Assembly (NCBI GenBank): GCA_040766585.1
Contig: JAXGQE010000008.1
Span: 28,500 to 92,499 of the forward strand
DNA length: 64,000 nucleotides
Direction of reading: 5' to 3'
From: Candidatus Sumerlaeota bacterium
GTDB taxonomy: Bacteria > Bacillota > SLNR01
The notes under the pieces are model-generated. The model worked only from the letters and a program-made list of their open reading frames with translations. It did no database searches and was not told the DNA's origin. The position numbers and the translations under genes were made by a program. Of this stretch, positions 55,241 to 64,000 are shown in pieces; the first letter of the stretch is position 1; each line of letters starts with the position of its first letter.

Positions 55241-55353
55241 TCCGGTGGCAATGGCGGAGGGGTTCCACCCGTTCCCATCCCGAACACGGCCGTTAAGCCC
55301 TCCTGCGCCGATGGTACTTGGGTCTTTCCCTGGAAGAGTAGGTCGCTGCCGGA
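55241..55353 (+). rRNA. rrf: 5S rRNA
   Basis: TCCGGTGGC...CCCATCCCGAACAC...GCCGATGGTA...AGTAGGTCGCTGCCGGA. Confidence 0.93.
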
Positions 55354-55363
55354 GTACTTTTAT

Positions 55364-55438
55364 TCCTCGATAGCTCAACGGTAGAGCACTCGGCTGTTAA
55401 CCGAGTGGTTGTTGGTTCGAATCCAACTCGGGGAGCCA
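55364..55438 (+). tRNA. tRNA-Asn (GTT)
   Basis: Cloverleaf, anticodon loop CTGTTAA, GTTCGAATC T-loop, encoded CCA. Confidence 0.95.
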
Positions 55439-55445
55439 TGTTTTG

Positions 55446-55472
55446 AAAAAACCCGATATTTCGGGTTTTTTT
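55446..55472 (+). terminator. rrn operon terminator
   Basis: AAAAACCCGA-TATT-TCGGGTTTTTTT. Confidence 0.8.
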
Positions 55473-55645
55473 ATTTTTTACTTGAAGAGATTTTGCACTC
55501 TTTGATATAATAATATGAGCATTCGCCGGCATCGGATTGGTTTTGGCGACAAGGCACGGGACGACTGGGTATAAAGGAGGATATGCACGCAGGCGGCAAG
55601 AATATATATGGGATGAGTACATCAGAGACGAGGAGGATACTGTGA

Positions 55646-57724
55646 ATGAAAAAGTATGAAACGAGTCAACTGCGAAATCTTTGCTTAATTTCGCATGGTG
55701 GTGCAGGGAAGACCACTTTGGCAGAAGCAGCATTGTTCGATGCTGGAGTAATTGACCGTTTTGGCAAAGTGGACGACGGCACATCAACCATGGATTTTGA
55801 TACCGAGGAAGTCAGGAGAAAGATATCCATCAACGCATCCATCGCGTCGGTTCCGTGGAACGATGTAAAAATCAATATTGTGGACACTCCCGGGTATTTT
55901 GATTTTGTTGGAGAAGTCAAAGGTGCGCTGCGGATTGCTGACAGTGCTGTGGTTGTCCTGGATGCAGTGGGCGGCGTTGAAGTTGGTGCAGAACTGGTTT
56001 GGGGTTATGCGGATGAACAGAACCTGGCCAGAATGATTTTTATCAATAAGATGGATCGGGAAAACGCCAATTTTGCCAATGTACTGGGTAAAGCCAAAGA
56101 AATGTTTGACGGACAGATTATTCCATTGCAGATTCCCATTGGTGCGGAAGCTGCCTTTAAAGGAATTGTTGATATTGTCAACCTGAAGGCTTATGTGTAT
56201 TCGGCCGACGGGAAATTCGAAGAGAAAGAAATCCCCGCTGATCTTCAGGGCCAGGTGGACGAGTACCGGGAACAGCTCATCGAAATCGCTGCGGAAGGCG
56301 ATGATGAGCTGACCATGAAGTACCTGGAAGGAGAAGAACTGACCGATGAGGAAGTTCGTTTCGGTCTTCGAGCAGGGATTATTGCCGGGAAGGTCTACCC
56401 CGTCCTCTGCGGTTCTGCATACAAGAATATCGGGATCCGCCACATGCTGGATGCCGTGGAAGCGTTTATGCCGGCACCCACGGATCTTCCGGACGAAGAA
56501 GGAAAGAAACCGGGAACGGATGAAACAATCAGTCGAAAACCGGATCCGGCGGAACCGTTCTCAGGACTGGTGTTCAAAACCATGGCCGACCCGTATGTGG
56601 GCCGACTGTCCCTTTTCAGAGTCTACTCCGGAAAATTGAAATCTGACTCATCATTCTTCAATCCCAGCAAAGAGAAAGTGGAGAGAATCGGTCAGCTGTT
56701 CTTCCCCCAGGGAAAACACCTGGACCCTGTGGATGAAGTCAAAGCCGGCGATATTGTGGCGGTAGCGAAACTTCAGGAAACAGTGACAGGGGATACCATC
56801 TGCGACAAAGACCATCCCATTATGCTGGAAACCATTCATTTCCCTCAGCCCAATCTGAAACTGGCCCTGACTCCGAAAGCCAAGGGCGATGAAGACAAAC
56901 TGGGCTCCGGACTGCAAAGACTGTCGGAAGAAGATCCGACCTTTGAAGTCAGCAAAGATTCCACAACCGGTGAACTGGTGGCTTCCGGCATGGGTGAGCT
57001 CCATATCGAAGTGGTAACCAGCCGTTTGCACAAGAAATTTGGTGTTGAAGTGAATCTCGACACTCCAAAGGTTCCATATAAAGAGACGATCCGATCCAGT
57101 GTAAAAGTCGAAGGAAAGCATAAGAAGCAGTCCGGGGGTCGCGGACAGTTTGGCCATGTGTGGATTGAATTCGAGCCCATCCACGATGGTGAAGACTTCG
57201 AATTTGTGGATAAAATTTTCGGAGGATCGGTTCCGAGACAATATATCCCTGCTGTTGAAAAAGGTCTAAGGGAAGTCAAGGACGATGGAGTGCTGGCCGG
57301 TTATCCGGCTGTGAACTTCAGAGCCACCCTGTATGACGGATCATTCCATCCGGTGGATTCATCCGAAATGGCCTTCAAAATTGCGGCCAGCCTGGCTTTC
57401 AAAAAAGGGATGGAACAGGCAAAACCCGTTCTCCTGGAGCCCATTGTCATTGCCGAAGTAACTGTGCCGGATGTGTACATGGGCGATGTCATCGGGGATT
57501 TAAACAAAAAACGAGGGCGCATCTTAGGCATGGAACCCAATGGAAGCCTGCAGATTGTCAAAGCACAGGTTCCCATGGCGGAAATGTTCCGGTACGCCAC
57601 CGACCTGCGCTCAATGACCCAAGGCAGGGGTACATTCACCGTCCAGTTTGACCATTATGAAGAAGTTCCGGCCAATATCTCGGAAAACATTATTGCTGCT
57701 GCCAAAAAGGAAAAAGAAGAATAG
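55646..57724 (+). CDS. Elongation factor G paralogue (EF-G2-type, outside str operon)
   Basis: Full EF-G domain set; SHGGAGKTT, RKISI, DTPGYFDF, NKMD; KKQSGGRGQFG. Confidence 0.9.
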   Translation: MKKYETSQLRNLCLISHGGAGKTTLAEAALFDAGVIDRFGKVDDGTSTMDFDTEEVRRKISINASIASVPWNDVKINIVDTPGYFDFVGEVKGALRIADSAVVVLDAVGGVEVGAELVWGYADEQNLARMIFINKMDRENANFANVLGKAKEMFDGQIIPLQIPIGAEAAFKGIVDIVNLKAYVYSADGKFEEKEIPADLQGQVDEYREQLIEIAAEGDDELTMKYLEGEELTDEEVRFGLRAGIIAGKVYPVLCGSAYKNIGIRHMLDAVEAFMPAPTDLPDEEGKKPGTDETISRKPDPAEPFSGLVFKTMADPYVGRLSLFRVYSGKLKSDSSFFNPSKEKVERIGQLFFPQGKHLDPVDEVKAGDIVAVAKLQETVTGDTICDKDHPIMLETIHFPQPNLKLALTPKAKGDEDKLGSGLQRLSEEDPTFEVSKDSTTGELVASGMGELHIEVVTSRLHKKFGVEVNLDTPKVPYKETIRSSVKVEGKHKKQSGGRGQFGHVWIEFEPIHDGEDFEFVDKIFGGSVPRQYIPAVEKGLREVKDDGVLAGYPAVNFRATLYDGSFHPVDSSEMAFKIAASLAFKKGMEQAKPVLLEPIVIAEVTVPDVYMGDVIGDLNKKRGRILGMEPNGSLQIVKAQVPMAEMFRYATDLRSMTQGRGTFTVQFDHYEEVPANISENIIAAAKKEKEE

Positions 57725-57739
57725 TCGGTGTGACTTTCG

Positions 57740-57766
57740 GAGGAAGGTTCTTACCTTCCTCTTTTT
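57740..57766 (+). terminator. Intrinsic terminator after EF-G paralogue
   Basis: GAGGAAGGT-TCTT-ACCTTCCTC + T5. Confidence 0.7.
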
Positions 57767-57787
57767 GTCGTCTAAGGAGGAATCGCA

Positions 57788-58966
57788 ATGGCTGTAGTAC
57801 AGTTGAAGAAAAGGAAAGACACCCGGATCGAATCGGGGCATCCCTGGATCTATCAGTCTGAAATCCAGCAGATCCAGGGAGAGTACCAACCCGGAGATAT
57901 TGTGGATGTGGTCAATCATTCGAAATCCTTTGTGGGAAGAGGATACATCAATCCCAGGTCCATTATCACCGTACGATTGCTCACCCGGGAAGAAAGGGCC
58001 ATCGATCAGGGATTTTTCGATGAGCGGATTCAGCAGGCATGGACCCTCCGCCAGGAATTGATTGGGGCCGATACCGATTCCTATCGGCTGATCCACGCCG
58101 AATCCGATGGGCTGCCGGCTCTGGTGGTGGATAAATTCGGAGACTATCTGGTGGTTCAGTTCCTTTCCCTGGGGATGGACATACGCAGAGAACCGGTGAT
58201 GGAAGCCCTGATGCGGGTTGTAAACCCCAAAGGAATTTATGAACGCAGTGATGTGAATGTGCGAAAAATCGAGGGACTGCCGCTGAAAAAAGGACATCTG
58301 ATAGGTGAATTTCCAACGCGCCTGCCCATTGTTGAGAATGGATTTTCATTCATTGCAGATATCGAAAACGGTCAGAAAACAGGATATTTCTTTGATCAGA
58401 GAGAAAATCGTCAGGCAATAAAACGCTATGTCAAAGGGAAAAAGGTCTTGGACTGTTTTTGCTATGTGGGATCTTTTGCGGTTCACGCTGCCGGTTACGG
58501 AGCAGCGCAGGTCAGGGCCATTGACATCTCGGAGGATGCCATAGCAGACAGCCAGAAGAATATGGAGCTGAATGGTTTCTCGGAGAAGGCCTCCTACCTG
58601 GCAGCCAATGTGTTCGATGAACTGAGAACCATGGAAGCCAGGGAGGAACGGTACGATGTCATTATCCTGGACCCTCCAGCCTTCACAAAAAGCAAGGATT
58701 CACTCCAGAGCGCTTTGCGGGGGTATAAAGAGATCAATCTGCGGGCCATGAAAATATTGGAGGACGGAGGGTATTTGATTACCAGCTCCTGTTCCCACCA
58801 TGTATCCGAGGAGATATTCTGGAAAATGCTTCTGGATGCAGCCCGGGATGCCGGAAAATCCATGCAGATTCTGGAAAGGAGAACCCAGGGCGCTGACCAC
58901 CCAATTCTGCTGGCCAGCAAAGAGACCCAGTACCTGAAATACTTCATATTGAAGGTTGCGAAATGA
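57788..58966 (+). CDS. RlmI-like PUA-domain SAM-dependent rRNA methyltransferase
   Basis: GHPWIY, ESDGLP, GQKTGYFFDQR, ILDPPAF, SCS, YLK. Confidence 0.9.
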   Translation: MAVVQLKKRKDTRIESGHPWIYQSEIQQIQGEYQPGDIVDVVNHSKSFVGRGYINPRSIITVRLLTREERAIDQGFFDERIQQAWTLRQELIGADTDSYRLIHAESDGLPALVVDKFGDYLVVQFLSLGMDIRREPVMEALMRVVNPKGIYERSDVNVRKIEGLPLKKGHLIGEFPTRLPIVENGFSFIADIENGQKTGYFFDQRENRQAIKRYVKGKKVLDCFCYVGSFAVHAAGYGAAQVRAIDISEDAIADSQKNMELNGFSEKASYLAANVFDELRTMEAREERYDVIILDPPAFTKSKDSLQSALRGYKEINLRAMKILEDGGYLITSSCSHHVSEEIFWKMLLDAARDAGKSMQILERRTQGADHPILLASKETQYLKYFILKVAK

Positions 58967-59059
58967 GTAATCTATTGGAGAAAATCGGTGTAAATCACAG
59001 GAAATAAAAGAAAATCCACTGCAGGATGTGTTTTTCAGCATTGAATCCGGCAGTGGATT

Positions 59060-59113
59060 TTTGCTTTTTCCAGCAGGTGGGGTATAATATAAGTAAGGTC
59101 AAAGATAGTCAAT
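59060..59113 (+). promoter_or_regulatory. ctsR operon promoter with CtsR box
   Basis: TATAAT at 59083-59088; heptad repeat GGTCAAA-GAT-AGTCAAT at 59097-59113 matching the CtsR operator consensus. Confidence 0.8.
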
Positions 59114-59136
59114 GTTGAACAGGGAGGGGGAATACC

Positions 59137-59613
59137 ATGCCCAATCTGGCAGATATTATTGAAGAGTACATTCGGGATATGATTGAGCAGTCCTACAACG
59201 ATATGGTCGAAATCCAGCGAGGGGAGTTGGCTAAAGCGTTCCAGTGCGTTCCTTCGCAGATTACGTACGTCCTGGATAAGCGGTTTTCCATTGACCGGGG
59301 ATATCTGGTGAAAAGCCGGCGCGGCGGAGGCGGATACATCCGCATTAGCAAGCTCCCGGCTCAAGAGGATGCGGAACTGCTGAAAGCTGTCATCTCGGAG
59401 GTGGATGAGGGAGTCTCCCAAACCCGTGCTCTGGATCTGATCAATCGTCTGGAGGATGAGGGAGCATTGACCAGTCGGGAAGCAGCCATGGCCAAGAGCG
59501 CTGTCCTGCGGGAAACCATCCCGCTGCAGATCTCAGCCCGAGATGTCCTGCGGGGAAGAATCATCCGTGCCATGCTATCTGCATTGCTCCATCAGATTGC
59601 CCAGGAGGACTGA
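59137..59613 (+). CDS. ctsR: Class III stress gene repressor CtsR
   Basis: NLADIIEEYI, CVPSQITYV, SRRGGGGYIRI. Confidence 0.95.
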   Translation: MPNLADIIEEYIRDMIEQSYNDMVEIQRGELAKAFQCVPSQITYVLDKRFSIDRGYLVKSRRGGGGYIRISKLPAQEDAELLKAVISEVDEGVSQTRALDLINRLEDEGALTSREAAMAKSAVLRETIPLQISARDVLRGRIIRAMLSALLHQIAQED

Positions 59614-59658
59614 CCCGGTACACCATGTCAGAAGGAAAGAGAAACAGGGGGTGAGGGT

Positions 59659-60210
59659 ATGCTTTGCGATGAATGCAAAAAAAATCCGGCCACAGTTCAT
59701 ATAACACGGATCGTCAACAACCAGAAAGTTGAACGGCATCTGTGCAGTGTTTGCGCTGAGAAATATGGCGGCATGCATTTTCCGTTTGAACCGACCTTTT
59801 CCATCAACAGCCTTCTTTCAGGGTTGTTGAATCAGGGAGTGGATTACGGTCCCGGGGCGGAATCGCAGTCACATAAAGAACGCTGTGAAAACTGCGGGTG
59901 CAGTTTTGAGGACTTTAAACAAACGGGGCGATTGGGCTGCAGTGAATGCTACCGCGTTTTTGCACCTAACATTGAGCCGATTCTGCGCCGTATTCACGGC
60001 AGCAGCAACCACAGTGGAAAGGTGCCTCTGCGTTACGAAGGACAGATCCATGCTTCGCGAAAGATCGATACCCTGCGAGCGAAGCTGGCGAAGTTGATTG
60101 AAAAGGAAGAATTCGAAGAAGCAGCGGCTGTACGGGATGAAATCAAAGAATTGGAGAAAGAAGATCTGGACCGGAATCAAAAGGGGGGCGATGCGGATGC
60201 AGTTGAATGA
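59659..60210 (+). CDS. mcsA: McsA (CxxC + UVR domain)
   Basis: Four CxxC motifs, H.GK.P, EEFEEAAAVRDEI. Confidence 0.93.
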   Translation: MLCDECKKNPATVHITRIVNNQKVERHLCSVCAEKYGGMHFPFEPTFSINSLLSGLLNQGVDYGPGAESQSHKERCENCGCSFEDFKQTGRLGCSECYRVFAPNIEPILRRIHGSSNHSGKVPLRYEGQIHASRKIDTLRAKLAKLIEKEEFEEAAAVRDEIKELEKEDLDRNQKGGDADAVE

Positions 60211-61285
60211 TGTATTTCGCAGCACCGTCAGTGCCTGGATGAATGGAAGCGGTCCCAACTCTGATATTGTCATCAGCAGCCGGGTGCGTCTGGCCAGAAA
60301 TATTGCGGGAATCCCGTTTCCCCATATTCTGAACCGGGCGGATGCACTGAAGGTTATGGGTATTGTCAAAAAAGCGGTGGATGATGTGAACAAACGCGGT
60401 CATATCGGGAAGTTCCACTATTTCAGTTATGACGATATGAGCAGCCTGGACCGCCAGATCCTGGTTGAAAAGCATCTGGCCAGCCCCGGGCTGGGACAGG
60501 GATGCGCCATCTGCGGCATTGTACTGAATGAGCAGGGTACCCTCAGTATCATGATCAATGAGGAAGATCACCTGAGGTTGCAGTGCATTCAGTCCGGTCT
60601 CCAGTTGGATGAAGCGTTGAAAATATGCTCTTCCCTGGACGATGGTTTGGCCGAAACCATGGACTATGCCTTTTCAGATAAGTATGGATACCTGACCGCC
60701 TGCCCCACCAATGTAGGGACCGGGCTGAGAGGCTCTGTCATGGTCCACCTGCCGGCCTTGGTGATGGGAGGGCATGCCGGAAGGATCCTGAACACAGCGG
60801 GACAGCTGGGACTGGCAGTACGCGGGTTCTACGGCGAAGGGTCCGAAGCCGCCGGCAACATATTTCAGATTTCCAACCAGATTACTCTGGGGTATGAAGA
60901 AGAGCAGATGATTGACAAACTGGCCACCGTCACAAAACAAATCATCGAACAGGAACAGGCAGCACGTCAGTCGCTGCTGCAAAGCGCCAGACTCAGCATC
61001 GAAGATCGGGCTTTTCGGTCGTACGGGATTTTGTCCCACGCCCGTGTGGTGAATTCCACAGAAGCCATGCAGCTTTTGTCCGATGTGCGAATGGGATCGG
61101 AAATGAATATATTACCCAAGATTCCCACGCAAACCTTAAATGAGCTGCTGACAGTCACCCGACCGGCGTATCTGCAGTGGCTGGCGGGACGGACATTGGA
61201 ACCGGGCGAACGAGACTGTGTCCGGGCGGAAATCATAAGAAATAAACTATGTGACGATAAAAAGGAAACAGATAAGGGGGAATAA
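60197..61285 (+). CDS. mcsB: Protein arginine kinase McsB
   Basis: SSRVRLARN, NEEDHLR, CPTNVGTGLR, QISNQITLG. Confidence 0.95.
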   Translation: MQLNDVFRSTVSAWMNGSGPNSDIVISSRVRLARNIAGIPFPHILNRADALKVMGIVKKAVDDVNKRGHIGKFHYFSYDDMSSLDRQILVEKHLASPGLGQGCAICGIVLNEQGTLSIMINEEDHLRLQCIQSGLQLDEALKICSSLDDGLAETMDYAFSDKYGYLTACPTNVGTGLRGSVMVHLPALVMGGHAGRILNTAGQLGLAVRGFYGEGSEAAGNIFQISNQITLGYEEEQMIDKLATVTKQIIEQEQAARQSLLQSARLSIEDRAFRSYGILSHARVVNSTEAMQLLSDVRMGSEMNILPKIPTQTLNELLTVTRPAYLQWLAGRTLEPGERDCVRAEIIRNKLCDDKKETDKGE

Positions 61286-61288
61286 TCC

Positions 61289-63772
61289 ATGAATGGTCGA
61301 TTTACTGAAAGATCACAACGTGTCGTTCTTATGGCACAGGAAGAAGCGAAACGACTGAAACATCACGCAGTAGGCACAGAACACCTGCTGCTGGGACTGA
61401 TCCGCGAAGGAAGCGGAGTTGCCGCCAAAGCGCTGGAGATGCTCCAGATTGATTTTGATCAGGTTCGAAGCCAGGTGGAAAGCATGATTGGGCAGGGAGA
61501 CGTGGAAGTCCAGGGTGAAATCGGGTTCACTCCCCGAGCCAAGAAAGTCGTACTGGAATTGGCTCTGCAGGAAGCTCAGAAACTGGGCCACAGCTATATT
61601 GGAACCGAACATCTCCTCTTGGCACTGATCAGTGAAGGTGAGGGTGTGGCGGCCCGAGTGCTGGAAGGTCTGGGCGCCAGCCTCCCGCAGGTACGTGCAG
61701 TTGTTATGGAACTTTTGGGAGGAGAAGTCCGGCAGGATTCACCGGCAGCAGGCGATGTCCCCGCAGGATCCCACAAGGCCCAAGGCGGAGAAAAAAGCAC
61801 CACGCCCACATTGGACAGTTTCAGCCGGGATCTGACCCAGATGGCCAGAGACGGCAAACTTGACCCTGTGATTGGCCGGGAGATTGAAATTGAGCGTGTC
61901 ATCCAGGTTCTCAGTCGCCGGACCAAGAACAATCCCTGTCTGGTGGGTGAACCCGGTGTGGGTAAGACCGCCATTGCGGAAGGGCTGGCCCAGCGGATTG
62001 TGGACAGCAATGTGCCGGAAACGCTGAAAGACAAACGGGTCGTATCATTGGACCTGGCATCGCTGATTGCCGGCACCAAGTACCGGGGCGAATTTGAAGA
62101 ACGACTGAAAAAAGTGATGGAAGAGATCAAGAGTGCAGGAAATGTGGTTGTCTTTTTGGATGAACTGCATACCATTATCGGAGCCGGAGCAGCGGAAGGG
62201 GCCATCGATGCGTCCAATATCTTAAAACCGGCCCTGTCCCGAGGGGAAATGCAGGTCGTAGGAGCAACCACCCTGGATGAATACAGAAAACATGTTGAGC
62301 GAGACTCAGCTCTGGAACGTCGGTTCCAGCCCATTACCGTGGATGAGCCCACTGTGGACGAGACCATTGCCATTTTGCGGGGTCTTAGGGATCGTTATGA
62401 AGCCCACCACAAAGTAAAGATCCTGGACGACGCCATTGAAGCCGCCGCCAGACTGTCCGATCGATATGTATCGGGGCGGTTCCTTCCGGACAAGGCCATC
62501 GACCTCATAGATGAAGCTGCATCGAGAGTTCGTCTGGGATCCCTGGTGGCACCTCCCGATCTGAAGGACCTGGAAGAACAACTGGAAAAAACACGACGAG
62601 AAAAAGACGCCGCTGTGCACAGCCAGGAGTTTGAAAAAGCGGCCCAGTTACGAGATGAAGAAAGAAAGATGAAAGAGGAACTGGAGAAACAGAAAGCGGA
62701 GTGGAAACAGAAAAATACGACTCAATACGCCCAAGTAACCGAAGATGACATTGCCCAGATTGTGTCCAGCTGGACCGGTATTCCGGTTCGGAAGCTGGCG
62801 GAAGAAGAGTCCGAAAGACTCTTGAAGCTGGAAGAAATCCTGCATAAAAGAGTTGTCGGCCAGGAAGAAGCCGTCAAGGCAGTGTCCAAGGCGGTCCGGA
62901 GAGCACGAGCCGGGCTGAAGGATCCCAAGCGTCCCATCGGATCGTTTATTTTCCTGGGACCGACAGGGGTTGGGAAAACGGAACTGGCCAGAGCGCTGGC
63001 AGAGGCCCTGTTCGGGGATGAAGATGCCATGGTTCGCGTGGACATGTCGGAATACATGGAACGACACTCGGTGTCCCGTCTGGTAGGAGCCCCTCCGGGA
63101 TATGTGGGATACGACGAAGGGGGGCAGCTGTCTGAGGCCATCCGGAGAAAACCGTATTCAGTCATTCTCCTGGATGAAATCGAAAAAGCCCATCCGGAAG
63201 TATTCAACATTCTCCTGCAGATCATGGAAGACGGCCGATTGACCGATAACAAAGGGAGACTCATAGACTTCCGCAACACGGTGATCATCATGACATCCAA
63301 TGTGGGGGCTTCTATTTTGAAGAAGGAATCGTCACTGGGATTCAAGCCGTCCGATGAAGAAGAGAAGGCCAAATATGACGACATGAAGGATCGGGTTACC
63401 GGTGAACTGAGACGAACTTTCCGACCGGAGTTTTTGAACCGGATTGATGAAACCATCGTATTCCATCATCTCACAGAAGAAGACATCAAGCAGATCGTTG
63501 TCTTGATGCTCAATGAGTTGGGGAAACGGCTGGCTGAAAACGACATCGCCATTGAAGTAACGGAGGCAGCCAGGGCGGAACTGGTCAAACAAGGGTTTGA
63601 CCAGACCTACGGAGCCCGGCCGCTGCGCAGAGCCATCCAGAGGTTGATTGAAGATCCGCTGTCGGAAGCATACCTGAGAGGCCAGTTCTCCATGGGAGAC
63701 ACGGTGCTGGTGGATTACACAGAAGAAGGTTTCAGCTTCAACCGAAAGGACGAGTCGTCCGATTCCATCTAA
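61289..63772 (+). CDS. clpC: ATP-dependent Clp protease ATPase subunit ClpC
   Basis: Two Clp-N repeats, [22 protein letters not shown] ClpP-binding loop. Confidence 0.96.
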   Translation: MNGRFTERSQRVVLMAQEEAKRLKHHAVGTEHLLLGLIREGSGVAAKALEMLQIDFDQVRSQVESMIGQGDVEVQGEIGFTPRAKKVVLELALQEAQKLGHSYIGTEHLLLALISEGEGVAARVLEGLGASLPQVRAVVMELLGGEVRQDSPAAGDVPAGSHKAQGGEKSTTPTLDSFSRDLTQMARDGKLDPVIGREIEIERVIQVLSRRTKNNPCLVGEPGVGKTAIAEGLAQRIVDSNVPETLKDKRVVSLDLASLIAGTKYRGEFEERLKKVMEEIKSAGNVVVFLDELHTIIGAGAAEGAIDASNILKPALSRGEMQVVGATTLDEYRKHVERDSALERRFQPITVDEPTVDETIAILRGLRDRYEAHHKVKILDDAIEAAARLSDRYVSGRFLPDKAIDLIDEAASRVRLGSLVAPPDLKDLEEQLEKTRREKDAAVHSQEFEKAAQLRDEERKMKEELEKQKAEWKQKNTTQYAQVTEDDIAQIVSSWTGIPVRKLAEEESERLLKLEEILHKRVVGQEEAVKAVSKAVRRARAGLKDPKRPIGSFIFLGPTGVGKTELARALAEALFGDEDAMVRVDMSEYMERHSVSRLVGAPPGYVGYDEGGQLSEAIRRKPYSVILLDEIEKAHPEVFNILLQIMEDGRLTDNKGRLIDFRNTVIIMTSNVGASILKKESSLGFKPSDEEEKAKYDDMKDRVTGELRRTFRPEFLNRIDETIVFHHLTEEDIKQIVVLMLNELGKRLAENDIAIEVTEAARAELVKQGFDQTYGARPLRRAIQRLIEDPLSEAYLRGQFSMGDTVLVDYTEEGFSFNRKDESSDSI

Positions 63773-63788
63773 CCAAGAGACAGTAATG

Positions 63789-63818
63789 AAAAGAGAGCTG
63801 CAGACGCAGCTCTCTTTT
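63789..63818 (+). terminator. Intrinsic terminator after clpC
   Basis: AAAAGAGAGCTGC-AGAC-GCAGCTCTCTTTT. Confidence 0.8.
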
Positions 63819-63892
63819 CCTCATCAAAAAGGAAAACCTGAGTTGTTGAAGAAGTTTCAATTACCTGGATATCGATCACCGGAGGGATGGCG

Positions 63893-64000
63893 ATGTTGGC
63901 AAATCGAAACCCGGATCTGTACCACGGGCACAATAAAAGCAAGAATTTCTTTGAGGGTTGGTATTTTAAGCTGGTGGATGCCAAGAAGGAAAATGTGATG
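63893..64000 (+). CDS. Partial CDS, tocopherol cyclase family-like N-terminus
   Basis: MLANRNPDLYHG...NFFEGWYFKLVD after GGAGG; runs off window end. Confidence 0.6.
   Translation, partial: MLANRNPDLYHGHNKSKNFFEGWYFKLVDAKKENVM

Noticed and set aside
59011-59061. Long inverted repeat upstream of ctsR as ncRNA or MITE
   Set aside because: Most simply the terminator of the methyltransferase gene overlapping the ctsR promoter; no TSD or second copy seen

Overview
Chromosomal core-genome segment of an anaerobic Bacillota (Clostridia-like) bacterium. Backbone: folate-dependent histidine utilisation operon (hutH-hutU-ftcd-hutI-cyclodeaminase), a NitT/TauT ABC transporter, xth, the conserved tilS-hpt-ftsH-folEPBK-nadC-birA-coaX ... 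dusB-greA-lysS-rrn (16S-23S-5S-tRNA-Asn) region, an EF-G paralogue, rlmI-like methyltransferase and ctsR-mcsA-mcsB-clpC. Accessory content: an approximately 11.4 kb metabolic insert between coaX and dusB (hydantoin carbamoylase/hydantoinase/racemase; QueG-like Fe-S protein, thiol-dioxygenase-like cupin, an unusual PurN-like formyltransferase fused to an ADP-forming acyl-CoA synthetase, amidohydrolase, ferredoxin), a stand-alone primase-helicase fusion, an orphan MqsA/Panacea-like protein, and two divergent IS1202-like (ISNCY) elements. Most striking: both IS elements carry long (18 and 17 bp) target duplications that end exactly at the -35 hexamer of a sigma-A promoter (ftsH and rrn), in the same orientation, and both carry a covarying multi-hairpin non-coding structure downstream of the transposase. 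The second IS and the rRNA genes contain indels in conserved positions that may be assembly errors. Start codons given are my best picks from RBS inspection; family calls are from motif recognition only, no database searches were run.
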